Positions 13,690 to 27,548 of a DNA stretch of 64,000 bases are shown one piece after another. A program made the position numbers and the translations under genes. The notes under the pieces are model-generated. The model worked only from the letters and a program-made list of their open reading frames with translations. It made no database searches and was not told where the DNA came from. Numbering within the stretch: position 1 is the stretch's first letter; each line of letters opens with the position of its first letter. The DNA is from Haliotis rufescens (taxonomy: Eukaryota): contig NW_025963802.1 in the NCBI RefSeq assembly GCF_023055435.1, positions 26,412,001 to 26,476,000 on the forward strand, read 5' to 3'.

Positions 13690-15470
13690 ACAGCTGACCA
13701 CTCCACCACACAGTTAACCACAGTATCACAGTTAACAACTACTACACATACAGTTAACAACTACAACACATACAGTTAACCACTACATCACAGTTAACAA
13801 CTACTACACATACAGTTAACCACTACTACACATAAAGTTAACCACTACATCACACTTAACAACTACTACAAATACAGTTAACCACTGTATCACAGTTAAC
13901 AACTACTACACATACAGTTAACATCTACAACACATACAGTTAACATCTACAACACATACAGTTAACCACTACATCACAGCTAACAACTACTACACACACA
14001 GTTAACCACAACATCACAGCTAAAAACTACTACACACACAGTTAACCACTACATCACAGCTAACAACTCCTACACACACAGTTAACCACTACATCACAGC
14101 TAACAACTACTACACACACAGTTAAGCACTACATCACAGCTAACAACTACTACACACAGTTAACCACTACTACACATACAGTCAACCACTACTACACATA
14201 CAGTCAACCACTACTACACACAGTTAACCACTTCATCAGTTAAGAACTACTACACATACGGTTAACCACTTCATCAGTTAACAACTACTACACACACAGT
14301 TAACAACTACATCACAGCTAACAACTACCACACATACAGTTAACAACTACTACACACACAGTTAACCACTACATCATAGTTAACAACTACCACACATACA
14401 GTTAACAACTACTACACACACAGTTAACTACTACATCATAGTTAACAACTACCACACATACAGTTAACAACTAAATCACAGTTAACTACTACACCATAGC
14501 TGACCACTACATCACAGTTAACAACTACCACACATACAGTTAACCACTACTACACATACAGTTAACCACTACTACACACACAGTTAACCACTTCATCAGT
14601 TTAGAACTACTACACATACAGTTAACCACTTCATCAGTTAACAACTACTACACACACAGTTAACAACTACATCACAGCTAACAACTACCACACATACAGT
14701 TAACAACTACTACACACACAGTTAACCACTACATCATAGTTAACAACTACCACACATACAGTTAACTACATCACAGTTAACTACTACATCACAGCTGACC
14801 ACTACATCACAGTTAACAACTACTACATATACAGTTAACCACTACATCACAGTTAACCACTACTACACATACAGTTAACCACTATATCACAGTTAACAAC
14901 TACTACATATACAGTTAACCACTACATCACAGTTAACCACTACTACACACACAGTTAACCACTTCATCAGTTAACCACTACTACACATACAGTTAACCAT
15001 TACTACACATACAGTCAACCACTACTACACACACAGTTAACCACTTCATCAGTTAAGAACTACTACACATACAGTTAACCACTTCATCAGTTAACAACTA
15101 CTACACACACAGTTAACAACTACATCACAGCTAACAACTACCACACATACAGTTAACAACTACTACACACACAGTTAACCACTACATCATAGTTAACAAC
15201 TACCACACATACAGTTAACTACATCACAGTTAACTACTACATCACAGCTGACCACTACATCACAGTTAACAACTACTACATATACAGTTAACCACTACAT
15301 CACAGTTAACCACTACTACACATAGTTAACAACTACTACACATACAGTTAACCACTACATCACAGTTAACAACTACTACACATACAGTTAACCACTACTA
15401 CAAATAAAGTTAACCACTACATCACAGTTACAACTACTACACATAGAGGTTAACAACTTCCTCACATATT
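13690..15470. repeat. Irregular minisatellite of about 17-22-bp units built on CAGTTAAC, with higher-order blocks
   Basis: CAGTTAACCACTACTACACATA and variants; the block starting at 14221 recurs at 14581 and near 15034. Confidence 0.93.
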
Positions 15471-15861
15471 AACAGTTTAATGACAGTTACAATGGTTGAA
15501 ACAAATGAGATCAATACAACACCACATATTGACAGTAATGAAATACGTAATAACATGACTGTTCTGATAAGCAACACTTCTCAAAAGTACACAACCAGTC
15601 ACTAAAATATCCACATAAACCTTGTTTGAAAAGATGTGACAACTCCCTGCCCCCCACCAGCTGTACTCTGACTGAGGGGGTACTGTTAACCTGGACATCA
15701 TGCCAAACAAAACACTAACTTTGTAATTCAGGAGGCAGGAGGTCATACTAATACTAACACAGTATCAAATGGCATCAGTGTTTTGGCCCACAATAGTAAC
15801 CCAGAGACAATAACCTCAGAACACACTCCCTTTCCTACCCCGGCCCTGAAGCCCTGCCCAC

Positions 15862-16074
15862 CTGTAGATGGAGAGGTTTGTTTGGGTCCAGAAGATCTCT
15901 GCTGCGCTGGCTGCTGGAACCACTGGCAAACTTCTTTGGCATTTTCTTTCTGGGTTCATCATCTGGCACCGCATCCAGCTCATCAGCCCCACCAGAATCG
16001 ACATCATTAGCTGCCTTGGTGGAGGAAGACGCACTCCCTTCCTCCTTGCTTTTCTTCTTCTTTGAGAAAACCAT
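15862..16074 (-). CDS. Candidate alternative first coding exon of the ferlin (MVFSKKKKSKEE...DPNKPLHLQ), giving a C2A-less isoform
   Basis: ATG in a strong AACATGG context, 71 stop-free hydrophilic codons, CAG|GTGGGC phase-0 donor compatible with exon 93-287. The end KPLHLQ parallels KPQDFQ. Confidence 0.6.
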
Positions 16075-18507
16075 GTTAATCAGTGATGTTGGACTGGGTT
16101 ATCATTATCCGTGAAGTACGCAATCCTCCTCGAGAGTCCACACAATTAAGTTCTCATGCTTAACAGGCCTCTTAAATTTGCCATCTGTTCTATGTCTTAA
16201 CTAACACCAGTGACCCTCAAAACACAGCATATCAGCAGATGATTGCTGAAGATTCACCAATAGGCCTTCCTGATCAGTCATGAAGTACACTGCTCCAAGC
16301 AATTAGTGTTCAAGGGGCCTACTCCCTGGAATGTTGGTCACACCAAAGTACTATGTACATGTAAAGATCAAACATGCGGCAGATGGAACTATACCACAGT
16401 GACATACCATACACTACTGCAGCAGCATATAGCGCCGAGAGACTGTGAATATGGTAACTAACATGCAGTTAGCTCAATAGAATAAGCACTGATATATCAC
16501 TCTGGTCCAAGAAGGGTCAGTTGTTCATTTAACAGTAGGTACTTGTAGTAAACCCATCCATCACAGTGTATCATTACCTGACGTTTTCATACACACAGCA
16601 GCCACAACTATCTCCTGCTGGTCAGACAGTGTGACCATCACAAACCCTGGTAGTAATTACAACATCCAAGGATTCTCCACTGCAACCCATCACCTTGATT
16701 CACTAACTGTCAGTTTTCTTCAATGGTAGTCTCTTAGATGTGCTGTCACTCTTCCAGAAACATTTCAGCCATAAACTTCTGGTGAATGTTTCATCTAGGA
16801 CGTTAACTCTCATTGATTTTATCCCTGGTGTCTTTAGTATATGACTTGTCTCTGTGGAAGGCACCAGACAACACTCCCCAATCTCACATACACATGTTCC
16901 AGCATTTCTCATATTCTACTGGAAATCATTTACGTCACTTGTTTCAATTACATTTGTCAATAAATTCTCTTTTCTATTCTGCCACTCATGCATAACAATG
17001 TTTTATTATTCCCATCGTCAGCTGTCGGTCATACTGAATGCTCTTATATCAAACTGCTTTCAATACCGTGTACATTCTTTTATGACCTGCCAATGAATGA
17101 TTCTGCTATAATATGACAGAATGGTTGGTGTGACATTTAGGCATCCTAGCCCAGTGCACACAAGTTGCCTCAGTCAGCACACAAGCAGCTGTGAGATAAC
17201 TAGAGGCTGTAATTTCAGGGCTACAATGTAATGTATGTACATATACCACTGCCTGGTAGTAATGGCTGGGGTAAAGTGTTGACACTGCAGACTAATTGTC
17301 TAATTGGAAGCAGATGATTAACTTACCAGGGTATTTTTCAGGATGTTCATCTAGCTTCTGTTCTCAGCCAAACTTAGTATATCAGGCAGTTAACACATCT
17401 CAGTGATATGCAGAATTTCTGCTTGCTATTTTCCAAGTATGTTGTACAACCATTAATCAAATTAGGAGTTAAACAGTATGTGTACCTACAGCAGATGGTG
17501 CAGCGGGAGATAGGAGGTATGAGTGTAACTGATATGCCCCTTCCTGCTGCTGTTGGCTCATGAACAGCATGGATGTAACTGATAACACATGTAATCAGTT
17601 CTTCCATGTATGTCTTCACAAACCCACCACTAGGCTTACATCACTAGGAATATTCTCAAAGTGAACATGAGCAATTGCTGGTCCAAAATGAAAATTGTAT
17701 CAAAAACTGATATTTGAACCTCTATTCCTACTAGTTATCAGGTTTCTATATACATACCAGATTCACATATACAAATACTTCATACATTAATGAATCATTA
17801 TTCCAAAGTAATCTACATATAAAACGTCAAATTAACATATAACAAAAAGATACACTTGTGAAATTGAGTCAAAATAGGAGATCCCCCACCATAAACACAA
17901 TGACAGTTTAGACCACTAAACTCCATATTGCACTATCGATCAATGAAATGTGAATCCAAGGTATATGTACCAAAAGAACATAACATTTAATCTATATGAG
18001 AGACTATCAACATACACAAGAATGAAAATTGATTAATCAGTTGAAAGAAAAAATAGATGAAAACCCAAAAGAACTCAAAGACGGCATTGATCGTTTCCAT
18101 GTAATGTTGGTCACAATGCCTCCATTACGCAGGTTGGCCTGTTTACGTAGGTGTAATTATGAAGCTGCACAGCCGATGGCAACAGCTGGCCCAAGTGACA
18201 TGCCTGCATCCATACCACCACAATGCAGCAACTTGGTACTGACAAACACACAACTCACACATCATAAACTTGGCTGCGGAAACCCACGACGTCAATACTA
18301 GAGTGGTTTGGTGTGCAAAGGGAAACAACTATATAGTTCCACAGTATTTTCCATGTGAACACTACTTCCAGTGTGAGGCTGTGATACAGCCACATGTGTA
18401 TAACTAAAACAAATTAATAACAGGCTGTAATAACTAATAAGGATGTGTGTATGAAGTGCTGCCCTGGAGGCCCACAGGCTAGCCAACATAACCAGTAGAG
18501 TCCATCA

Positions 18508-19290
18508 AGTGAGTGAGTGAGTGAGTGAGTGAGTGAGTGAGTGAGTGAGTGAGTGAGTGAGTGAGGTTTCACGCTAATGTCAGCAATACACAATGCTTCA
18601 TCAAGGTAGTCTGTAGTCAGTGAGTGAATGTTGTTTCACACTAATGTCAGCAATACACAATGCTTCATCAAGGCAGTCTGTAGTCAGTGAGTGAATGTTG
18701 TTTCACGCTTATGTCAGCAGTACACAATGCTTCATCAAGGCAGTCTGTAGTCAGTGAGTGAATGTTGTTTCACGCTTATGTCAGCAGTACACAATGCTTC
18801 ATCAAGGCAATCTGTAGTCAGTGAATGAATCAATGTTGTTTCACGCTTATGTCAGCAGTACGCAATGCTTCATCAAGGCAGTCTGTAGTCAGTGAGTGAA
18901 TCAATGTTGTTTCACGCTTATGTCAGCAGTACGCAATGCTTCATCAAGGCAGTCTGTAGTCAGTGAGTGAATGTTGTTTCACACTAATGTCAGCAATACA
19001 CAATGCTTCATCAAGGCAGTCTGTAGTCAGTGAGTGAATGTTGTTTCACGCTTATGTCAGCAATACACAATGCTTCATCAAGGTAGTCTGTAGTCAGTGA
19101 GTGAATGTTGTTTCACACTTATGTCAGCAATACAGAAGGCTTCATCAAGGCAATCTGTAGTCAGTGAATGAATCAATGTTGTTTCACGCTTATGTCAGCA
19201 GTCCGCAATGCTTCATCAAGGCAGTCTGCAGTCAGTGAGTGAGTGAGTGAGTGTTGTTTCACACTTAGTACTCAATTCTTCACCAAGGCA
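18508..19290. repeat. (GAGT)n microsatellite followed by about 10 copies of a 67/71-bp unit
   Basis: Unit GTTTCACGCTTATGTCAGCAATACACAATGCTTCATCAAGGCAGTCTGTAGTCAGTGAGTGAATGTT. Confidence 0.93.
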
Positions 19291-19350
19291 GTTTGGAAGG
19301 AAATGAGCATAGACCATGTACAACTGGTGACAGATAGTATAAGCAATGAT

Positions 19351-19770
19351 CCATGCCCCAACCCATGCCCACTTGCCCCAACCCATGCCCACTTGCCCCA
19401 ACCCATGCCCACTTGCCCCAACCCATGCCCACTTGCCCCAACCCATGCCTACTTGCCCCAACCCATGCCCACTTGCCCCAACCCATGCCTACTTGCCCCA
19501 ACCCATGCCCACTTGCCCCAACCCATGCCTACTTGCCCAAACCCATGTCCACTTGCCCCAACCCATGCCCACTTGCCCCAACCCATGTCCACTTGCCCCA
19601 ACCCATGCCTACTTGCCCAAACCCATGCCCACTTGCCCCAACCCATGCCTACTTGCCCCATACCATGCCCACTTGCCCCAACCCATGCCTACTTGCCCCA
19701 ACCCATGCCCACTTGCCCCAACCCATGCCCACTTGCCCCAACCCATGCCCACTTGCCCCAACCCATGCCT
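19351..19770. repeat. Minisatellite, 20-bp unit ACCCATGCCCACTTGCCCCA, about 21 copies
   Basis: Direct inspection; exact 20-bp period. Confidence 0.97.
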
Positions 19771-20229
19771 GGTCACATGTAAATCAATTAACTACCAACA
19801 TACTAGGCATTCAGATTCTTCATTGATCACTCCCAAATAATATTTTTTGGTAAAACTCAAAAATGCATAAATCAATTAAAGATATTATAAACATCCACTT
19901 GCATTAGGGCCAAATAACATTGATGTCAAGGTTGTATTTGAATGACACTGATTCAAGTATCATTTACACATATGCTTGGGTGAATATGTTTAGGCTAAAA
20001 TCACAATATGCAAAAACACAGACGAATCTTACTTTTGCAGTGCCCCTGCTATAAAACTTGTGACCATGTTTGAAGCTGTTCAGAATGAAGGAAGACTTAT
20101 AAAGATGATGATATGAGGACAGTCCCTGCACATACTGGTACAGCTGGCAGAGGACTGGTGTGAGGGATGGCATGTAAGCTGAAAGCTGGAGGAAAGCCCA
20201 GTGTGCATAACCACTGAAACATCATGTGA

Positions 20230-20440
20230 TGGAGTGAGTGGATGTTGGTTTCCATACTAGTTATTGCTACTAATTCAGCTGTATCATGGTGGCCTGTACA
20301 TAATCAGTTTGTGGAAAGGCAAACCAAGGGTAGATAGCAGGAGCAATGATTCCCGCTGATCAGCCAAGTCACAATGCCCGACCACTTGACCATGTTAGTT
20401 ACTCTTACGACAAGCAAAGGTTACTGGCGACTGACTGTAC
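20230..20440 (-). mobile_element. Degenerate SINE copy, same family as 44608-44812
   Basis: Contains CTCTTACGACAAGCA and GAGTGAGT tail remnants. Confidence 0.45.
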
Positions 20441-21933
20441 TCCAGGGGGTGGTTTTCAAATAGGCGGACTTCGTAGGGAAAGGATTGCAATGATTATTCA
20501 GGCAGTTACAGCTTTGTATGCCTTTCTGAGGAGTCATAAATAAGCCTCCTTATCATACCTCCATGTCAGAATGTTCAGATCTGATTGGTTAAATTGATCT
20601 TCATAAAATACAATGTATCACGCCTGGAATGGCAATAAATATCTGAGCAAGAGAACAGATCCTTATAACCCAACGTGGATTTCTGAATAAATCCCTTAAA
20701 CCCCGTTTTGAATCAAAAGTCTGCATGTTTTTTCCAAGTCAGTGAAAGTCATGTGACACAGCACAGGTTAACCTCAGCTCAATAGAGCAGCTGTTATCTG
20801 TCAATTTGTAATTAGTTTGAATTCCTTTACAATGGCAGATTGAAACATGTCATTGAAATAAATTCATTGTGGCAGTATCACGAGGGGTACATGTGATTTT
20901 GGGTATCCTTTGTTAGGTTTTATACCACTCGCCGGACACATAAAGCCACATGTTCCCCTCGTGACACTGTTTATGCACACTTATATTATTGACAGGAAAA
21001 CCTGCAGACAAAATCTGCACCTAAACTTATTTTTATGCTTCCACAACTATATATTATGGTGTCTGGAACTACAGAAGGAACATCAGCTCCAGATCGATAG
21101 AGATACTGCTGGATAGCATGGAAGTAAATCATGAAGGAGTTGTCTCCCTCTACCACATCAGCTGCTGCATCCTGTGAGAGTCTATACCACAGGACACACA
21201 ATTAGGGAGGAGAAAAATGTATATCTGTTACACATTAAAATTCATGTGTTAAATATGCCTTGCTTTGTCATTGCCATCACTATGGACAGAATAGGTTAGA
21301 TGTTTCCCTAGGTTTAACACGAAATTTCTATTTTGAACAGAATTTTTTACACTCTCAAAATGAACTACCAACGTAGTACAGTTGAAATGGTCAATCTAGA
21401 ATGAGTTTCCTGTTGGCCTGATGCACCACCAGCTGTCAGGAGTTACAGCATGGCAGCTTGATGTGGGTTGAAGCTGATTATTACAGTCCTGTTTGAAGTA
21501 CATGAGTTTGTTGATGTTTGATGCTGAGCCTATGTTGCTTAGATTAACTTAGGAATTATTTGGCAGTTTTGTAATAGATGTGTGTGTGTCAACATAGCAG
21601 TCATACTTCTTCATGTGTAGCAATCTCAAATACTTCACAAGATTTTATTTTGCTGTGAACATTTCATGATTTCAGGACACTTTAGTGGACGTGAGGGTGC
21701 ATTCCTGCATTAGCTGTTACCCTCCTGTATACATGGCTGTACCGGAGGTACGCCCTGTAGGATATGTCCTAAAAATAACCCTTTCTATCATAGTTGCACA
21801 TGGAATAAAGTAATTTGCAATGGACTTCACATTTCTTTTAGAGTAGTAAAATACTGTAAAATACACACAATCCCACAGCCTGCAGCTGGTAGCATCTTTA
21901 CTTCCTACAGACAAAGAAACATGTCTAACCTAC

Positions 21934-22112
21934 CTGGAAATCTTGTGGTTTCTGTGATATCTTGCCACGCAGGCGACGAGTGCCCATTTTCTTCTTTTTC
22001 TTCCTCTTTGTCTTACTAGGCTGGCCTGTAGCAGGGTCCACTGGAGCATCTACCATATCCTCCTCCTCCTCCCCTTCCTCCTCTTCTTCACCCACATCAC
22101 CAATCACTGTGC
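21934..22112 (-). CDS. Ferlin exon, acidic/basic C2A-C2B linker ending ...KISQKPQDFQ
   Basis: tgtacag acceptor, gtaggt donor, 179 bp, phase 1-0. KPQDFQ joins IRIKVIE to give the ferlin signature KPQDFQIR. Confidence 0.92.
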
Positions 22113-22721
22113 CTGTACATGTCACAGACTACTACATGGTGTCCTCTTTCACCATACATGTTCAATACACAACACTTCTTTTAATTTTCTATTTACAGAT
22201 TTGACTGACCAACCGCAGCCAAAGTAAAAAAATATATTATAAAACACAAATAGATAAAAGTTATTTGTATTATTAATCGCACATCATAGTCCTAACATTT
22301 CCAATAATATTTGACAAAATGAATTGAATGAAGTCTCCGCCAACAGCAAACACCTCCTGAAGTGCTGAAAGCCTTCCCTGCCAATCTGCTGCATGTTGCT
22401 GTCCTACTCCTGCACATCCTCCACTTACCACAATGAGCCTCCCATGACCCCAACTACTCGACTAACCAAAAACATAATGTCAAATAAATGGCACTTATAT
22501 ATTTAGTCCAACCAACCCAGGCCAATTGATAGGCAAACACCTGTTGCCTTGTCTTATGACCATGAAAGACCACAAGTTCATACAAACAAAATAGTTTAAA
22601 AAAACTGTTCCTGAGGACACAGAATTTTACTGTGCTTTTACACAAGATTTTGAAGAGGTTTTCAAGGTGATCCTCCCTACTAAAAATGATGATCCGCCCT
22701 TGAAGCTGATTGATTCCTCAC

Positions 22722-22797
22722 CTCCTCCCATTACTCCGTCTCCACCTCCTCCTTGGCCCTTGGGTGGAGTGTAGGTGATCTTCACGTTCACCTTGGC
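22722..22797 (-). CDS. Ferlin exon, last strand of C2A: AKVNVKITYTPPKGQGGGGDGVMGG
   Basis: ttgcag acceptor, gtgagg donor, 76 bp, phase 0-1, in frame with both neighbours. Resembles the ferlin C2A end motif (..V.Y.PP). Confidence 0.88.
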
Positions 22798-23843
22798 CTG
22801 CAACACAAACGTGGAGCAGTGTTACATGGGGAGGCAAGGTAGTCATCTTTGTGCTCCAGTCATTCCAAATTTGGACAACATTTTGTTGTTACTTCCTGTC
22901 AGGTTGGGCACTGTAGACCATACAGCAATTTCTTACTCAGCTAATGGAAGCACAGTATTGCTCTTTGTGAATAGTTATCGGATATTTGGTTATCTATTAT
23001 CATTCTTTCTAATACTGAACACATGAAGACTGTAAAAAGAGTCAACAAAATCAAATAATGTCTTCCTGGTCAGCATGATGAGAGTGTGCTCATTCCAATC
23101 GCAGAAGGATTGAAGCTGTTAGCAAGACACAAACATAAAAGTCCTCATAGATACAACCATGGCACTTGGGGATGCAAAAACTCTGGATATCACTGATAAT
23201 TGGCTCAAAAATTACACAACTTCTGTCCGAATAACCTAAATCATGACCTTTAGTGATGTGAATTTCAGTATGCCAAAGAAACAGAACCCTTTAAGTGAAA
23301 AGTTGCAAAAAGCTAAAACATTGATGCTGACACCCTCTAAACACTTTCCCACTGAAACATCTCCCATTTAACCCTCCCACTTAACCCTCCCACTAAACCT
23401 TCCAACATACCAGTCCAACATGAGTCATCTCATACTCAACTAATGGTAGCAAATGTGCTTTCAATGTTGGCCATTTTGAATTCAACAGCTGAACAAGCAA
23501 TGCAGGGAAGACTAGTGAGTTAACTGAATGGCCTGTCACTGTCTGTATCATCTTGCCATGCTAGCAAGTTACATCTCCTGGCAATGGAAACATTCCTGTG
23601 GCCCCTGGGGAATAATACACAATCCTACTTATATTCTTAAAGGAGTTGGGTTAGCAACATGTCTTGAACAACAAAATGAAACTAATTTTGAAACAGAAAC
23701 TTGTGAAAACAGAGTTCCTTTGTGATGAGAAGGAGCGATGACTGTTACTCTGCAATGTACATTATTGTCGTATTATTACAGCAGCATCAACAGCATCCTT
23801 TAAAGTGGTCCTGGATGACACAGGTCACATCAGCAGGCACAGC

Positions 23844-24056
23844 NNNNNNNNNNNNNNNNNNNNNNNNNNNNNNNNNNNNNNNNNNNNNNNNNNNNNNNNN
23901 NNNNNNNNNNNNNNNNNNNNNNNNNNNNNNNNNNNNNNNNNNNNNNNNNNNNNNNNNNNNNNNNNNNNNNNNNNNNNNNNNNNNNNNNNNNNNNNNNNNN
24001 NNNNNNNNNNNNNNNNNNNNNNNNNNNNNNNNNNNNNNNNNNNNNNNNNNNNNNNN
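23844..24056. other. Assembly gap (N run)
   Basis: Continuous Ns. Confidence 1.
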
Positions 24057-25011
24057 GTTGGTGGTTGCTGGTGGCCTACCCAGTACAAGTCATACTTTAG
24101 TGACCCTGATCCCCATCACAGGGAGCTATTAGGACAAGCATTGGGCACTTAGGACTTATTCTGCCCTAGATTTGCCTATTGTCAAACTTTGCTCATAGTG
24201 TATAAATGTTTAATTATGCACACAACACATGTTAATGTGAAAAATCTCATAATTAATATACAAATTCTGATTGCAGTGACACTACAGCCTTGTTTCTGTG
24301 GTGATTGTCAACCACATTTGATTTCAACACCGATGAAACCTATCATTACCGTCCATGAAGAGTGCCTCCACTGATGGCAGATATACGTGCCTGAACAACA
24401 GCTGGACAAGTCTTGCCACACACTGCTGTACCATCAATACACAAACAACAACATTCCCTCACCTAAAATCCTACCACAAACTACACAGAAGTTCTTGTGT
24501 ATAATCTTTTTCTATCCATTTTTATGAATTAGGTCATGTGGTAAGAGTGTGTCCAGTTTTACCTTACAGTGCAGAGGTATTCCAGACTAAGAAGGTGTAG
24601 GATGCCTGACCACCACCGCACTGCAGGCTACGTACACATCTGACAATGATACCAACTGTCCAATATGCCCACTTCAATGTACATAGTTCCTGATATCGAC
24701 AAGGCTAAACTGCTGCCACACAAAGCGTTTTATGATGCAAAATCTCCAGCTGTTGGCATATTCGAGATTTGATTGATCCACTTAGGGCAGTTGTACTACC
24801 ACAACAATACAGTGTAATGAACAAACATTGATTACTACTTACTCACTTACAAAGGTCTGTTTACTGTCAAGATAAATTCATTCAGATTCAAAATTGAACT
24901 GAAAATAGCAAAAAATGACAAACAAGTCTCTTACATGTATTCCTGACATTTATGTGTCACCAAGTAACAACATATTCCCACTACTGGTTTACTCAGTTCC
25001 ACCTTCTGGAC

Positions 25012-27548
25012 ACCTACTGATCCACACACTGGTCTACTGACCCCACCCACTGGTCTACTGACCCCACACACTGGTCTACTGACCCAACATCCTGGTCTAC
25101 TGATCCAGACACTGGTCTACTGACCCCACCCACTGGTCTACTGACCCCACCCACTGGTCTACTGACCCCACCCACTAATCTACTGACCCAACACACTGGT
25201 CTACTGACCCCACACACTGGTCCACTGACCCCACACACTGATCTACTGACCCAACATCCTGGTCTACTGATCCCAAACACTGATCTACTGACCCAACACA
25301 CTGGTCTTCTGACCCCACACACTAATCTACTGACCCCACACACTGATCTACTGACCCCACACACTGATCTACTGACCCCACACACTGATCTACTGACCAA
25401 ACACACTGGTCTACTGACCCAACATCCTGGTCTACTGACCCAACACACTGGTCTACTGACCCAACATCCTGGTCTACTGATCCCAAACACTGATCTACTG
25501 ACCCAACACACTGATCTACTGACCCCACACACTGATCTACTGACCCCACACACTGATCTACTGACCCAACACACTGGTCTACTGACCCCACACACTGATC
25601 TACTGACCCCACCCACTGGTCTACTGACCCCAAACACTGATCTACTGACCCAACACGCTGGTCTACTGACCCCACACTGATCTACTGACCCCACACACTG
25701 ATCTACTGACCCAACACACTGATCTACTGACCCCACACACTGATCTACTGACCCCACACTGATCTACTGACCCAACACACTGATCTACTGACCCCACACA
25801 CTGATCTACTGACCCCACACACTGATCTACTGACCCCACACACTGATCTACTGACCCAACACACTGGTCTACTGACCCCACACACTGATCTACTGACCCC
25901 ACACACTGATCTACTGACCCCAACCACTGGTCTACTGACCCCACCCACTAATCTACTGACCCAACACACTGGTCTACTGACCCCACACACTGGTCCACTG
26001 ACCCCACACACTGATCTACTGACCCAACATCCTGGTCTACTGATCCCAAACACTGATCTACTGACCCAACACACTGATCTACTGACCCAACACACTGATC
26101 TACTGATCCACACACTGGTCTACTGACCCCACACACTGATCTACTGACCCCACACACTGATCTACTGACCCAACACACTGGTCTACTGACCCCACACACT
26201 GATCTACTGACCCCACACACTGATCTACTGACCCAACACACTGGTCTACTGACCCCACACTGGTCTACTGACCCCACACACTGGTCTACTGACCCCACAC
26301 ACTGATCTACTGACCCCAAACACTGATCTACTGACCCAACACACTGATCTACTGACCCAACACACTGATCTACTGACCCAACACACTGGTCTACTGACCC
26401 AACACACTGATCTACTGACCCAACACACTGGTCTACTGACCCAACACACTGATCTACTGACCCAACACACTGATCTACTGACCCCACCCACTGATCTACT
26501 GACCCCAAACACTGATCTACTGACCCAACACACTGGTCTACTGACCCCACACTGATCTACTGACCCCACACACTGATCTACTGACCCCACACACTGGTCT
26601 ACTGACCCCAAACACTGGTCTACTGACCCAAGACACTGGTCTACTGACCCCACACACTGGTCTACTGACCCCAAACATTGATCTACTGACCCCACCCACT
26701 GGTTTACTGACCCAACACACTGGTCTACTGACCCCAAACACTGATCTACTGACCCCAAACACTGATCTACTGACCCAACACACTGGTCTACTGACCCCAC
26801 CCACTGGTCTACTGACCCCACACACTGGTCTACTGACCCCAAACACTGGTCTACTGACCCCAAACACTGATCTACTGACCCCAAACACTGATCTACTGAC
26901 CCAACACAAGTCTACTGACCCCAAACACTGGTCTACTGACCCCAAACACTGGTCTACTGACCCCACACACTGATCTACTGACCCAACACACTGATCTACT
27001 GACCCCACACACTGATCTACTGACCCCACACACTGGTCTACTGACCCCACACACTGATCTACTGACCCCACACACTGATCTACTGACCCAACACACTGGT
27101 CTACTGACCCCACACACTGATCTACTGACCCCACACACTGATCTACTGACCCCACCCACTGGTCTACTGACCCCACCCACTAATCTACTGACCCAACACA
27201 CTGGTCTACTGACCCCACCCACTGATCTACTGACCCCACACACAGATCTACTGACCCCACACTGATCTACTGACCCCACCCACTAATCTACTGACCCAAC
27301 ACACTGATCTACTGAGCCTACCCACTAATCTACTGACCCCACACACTGATCTACTGACCCCACCCACTAATCTACTGACCCCACCCACTAATCTACTGAC
27401 CCCACACACTGATCTACTGACCCCACACTGATCTACTGACCCCACCCACTAATCTACTGACCCAAAATACTGGTCAACTCAGCCCGCACACGGATCTACT
27501 GACCCTGCACACTGATCTACTGACCCCACACACTGGTCTACTGACCCT
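25012..27548. repeat. Minisatellite, 21-bp unit CACACTG(G/A)TCTACTGACCC(C/A)A, about 120 copies
   Basis: Direct inspection; source of the GSVDQC(V) pseudo-ORFs. Confidence 0.97.

Noticed and set aside
23722-24152. ORFs spanning N runs (also 33555-33895)
   Set aside because: Artefacts of assembly gaps.
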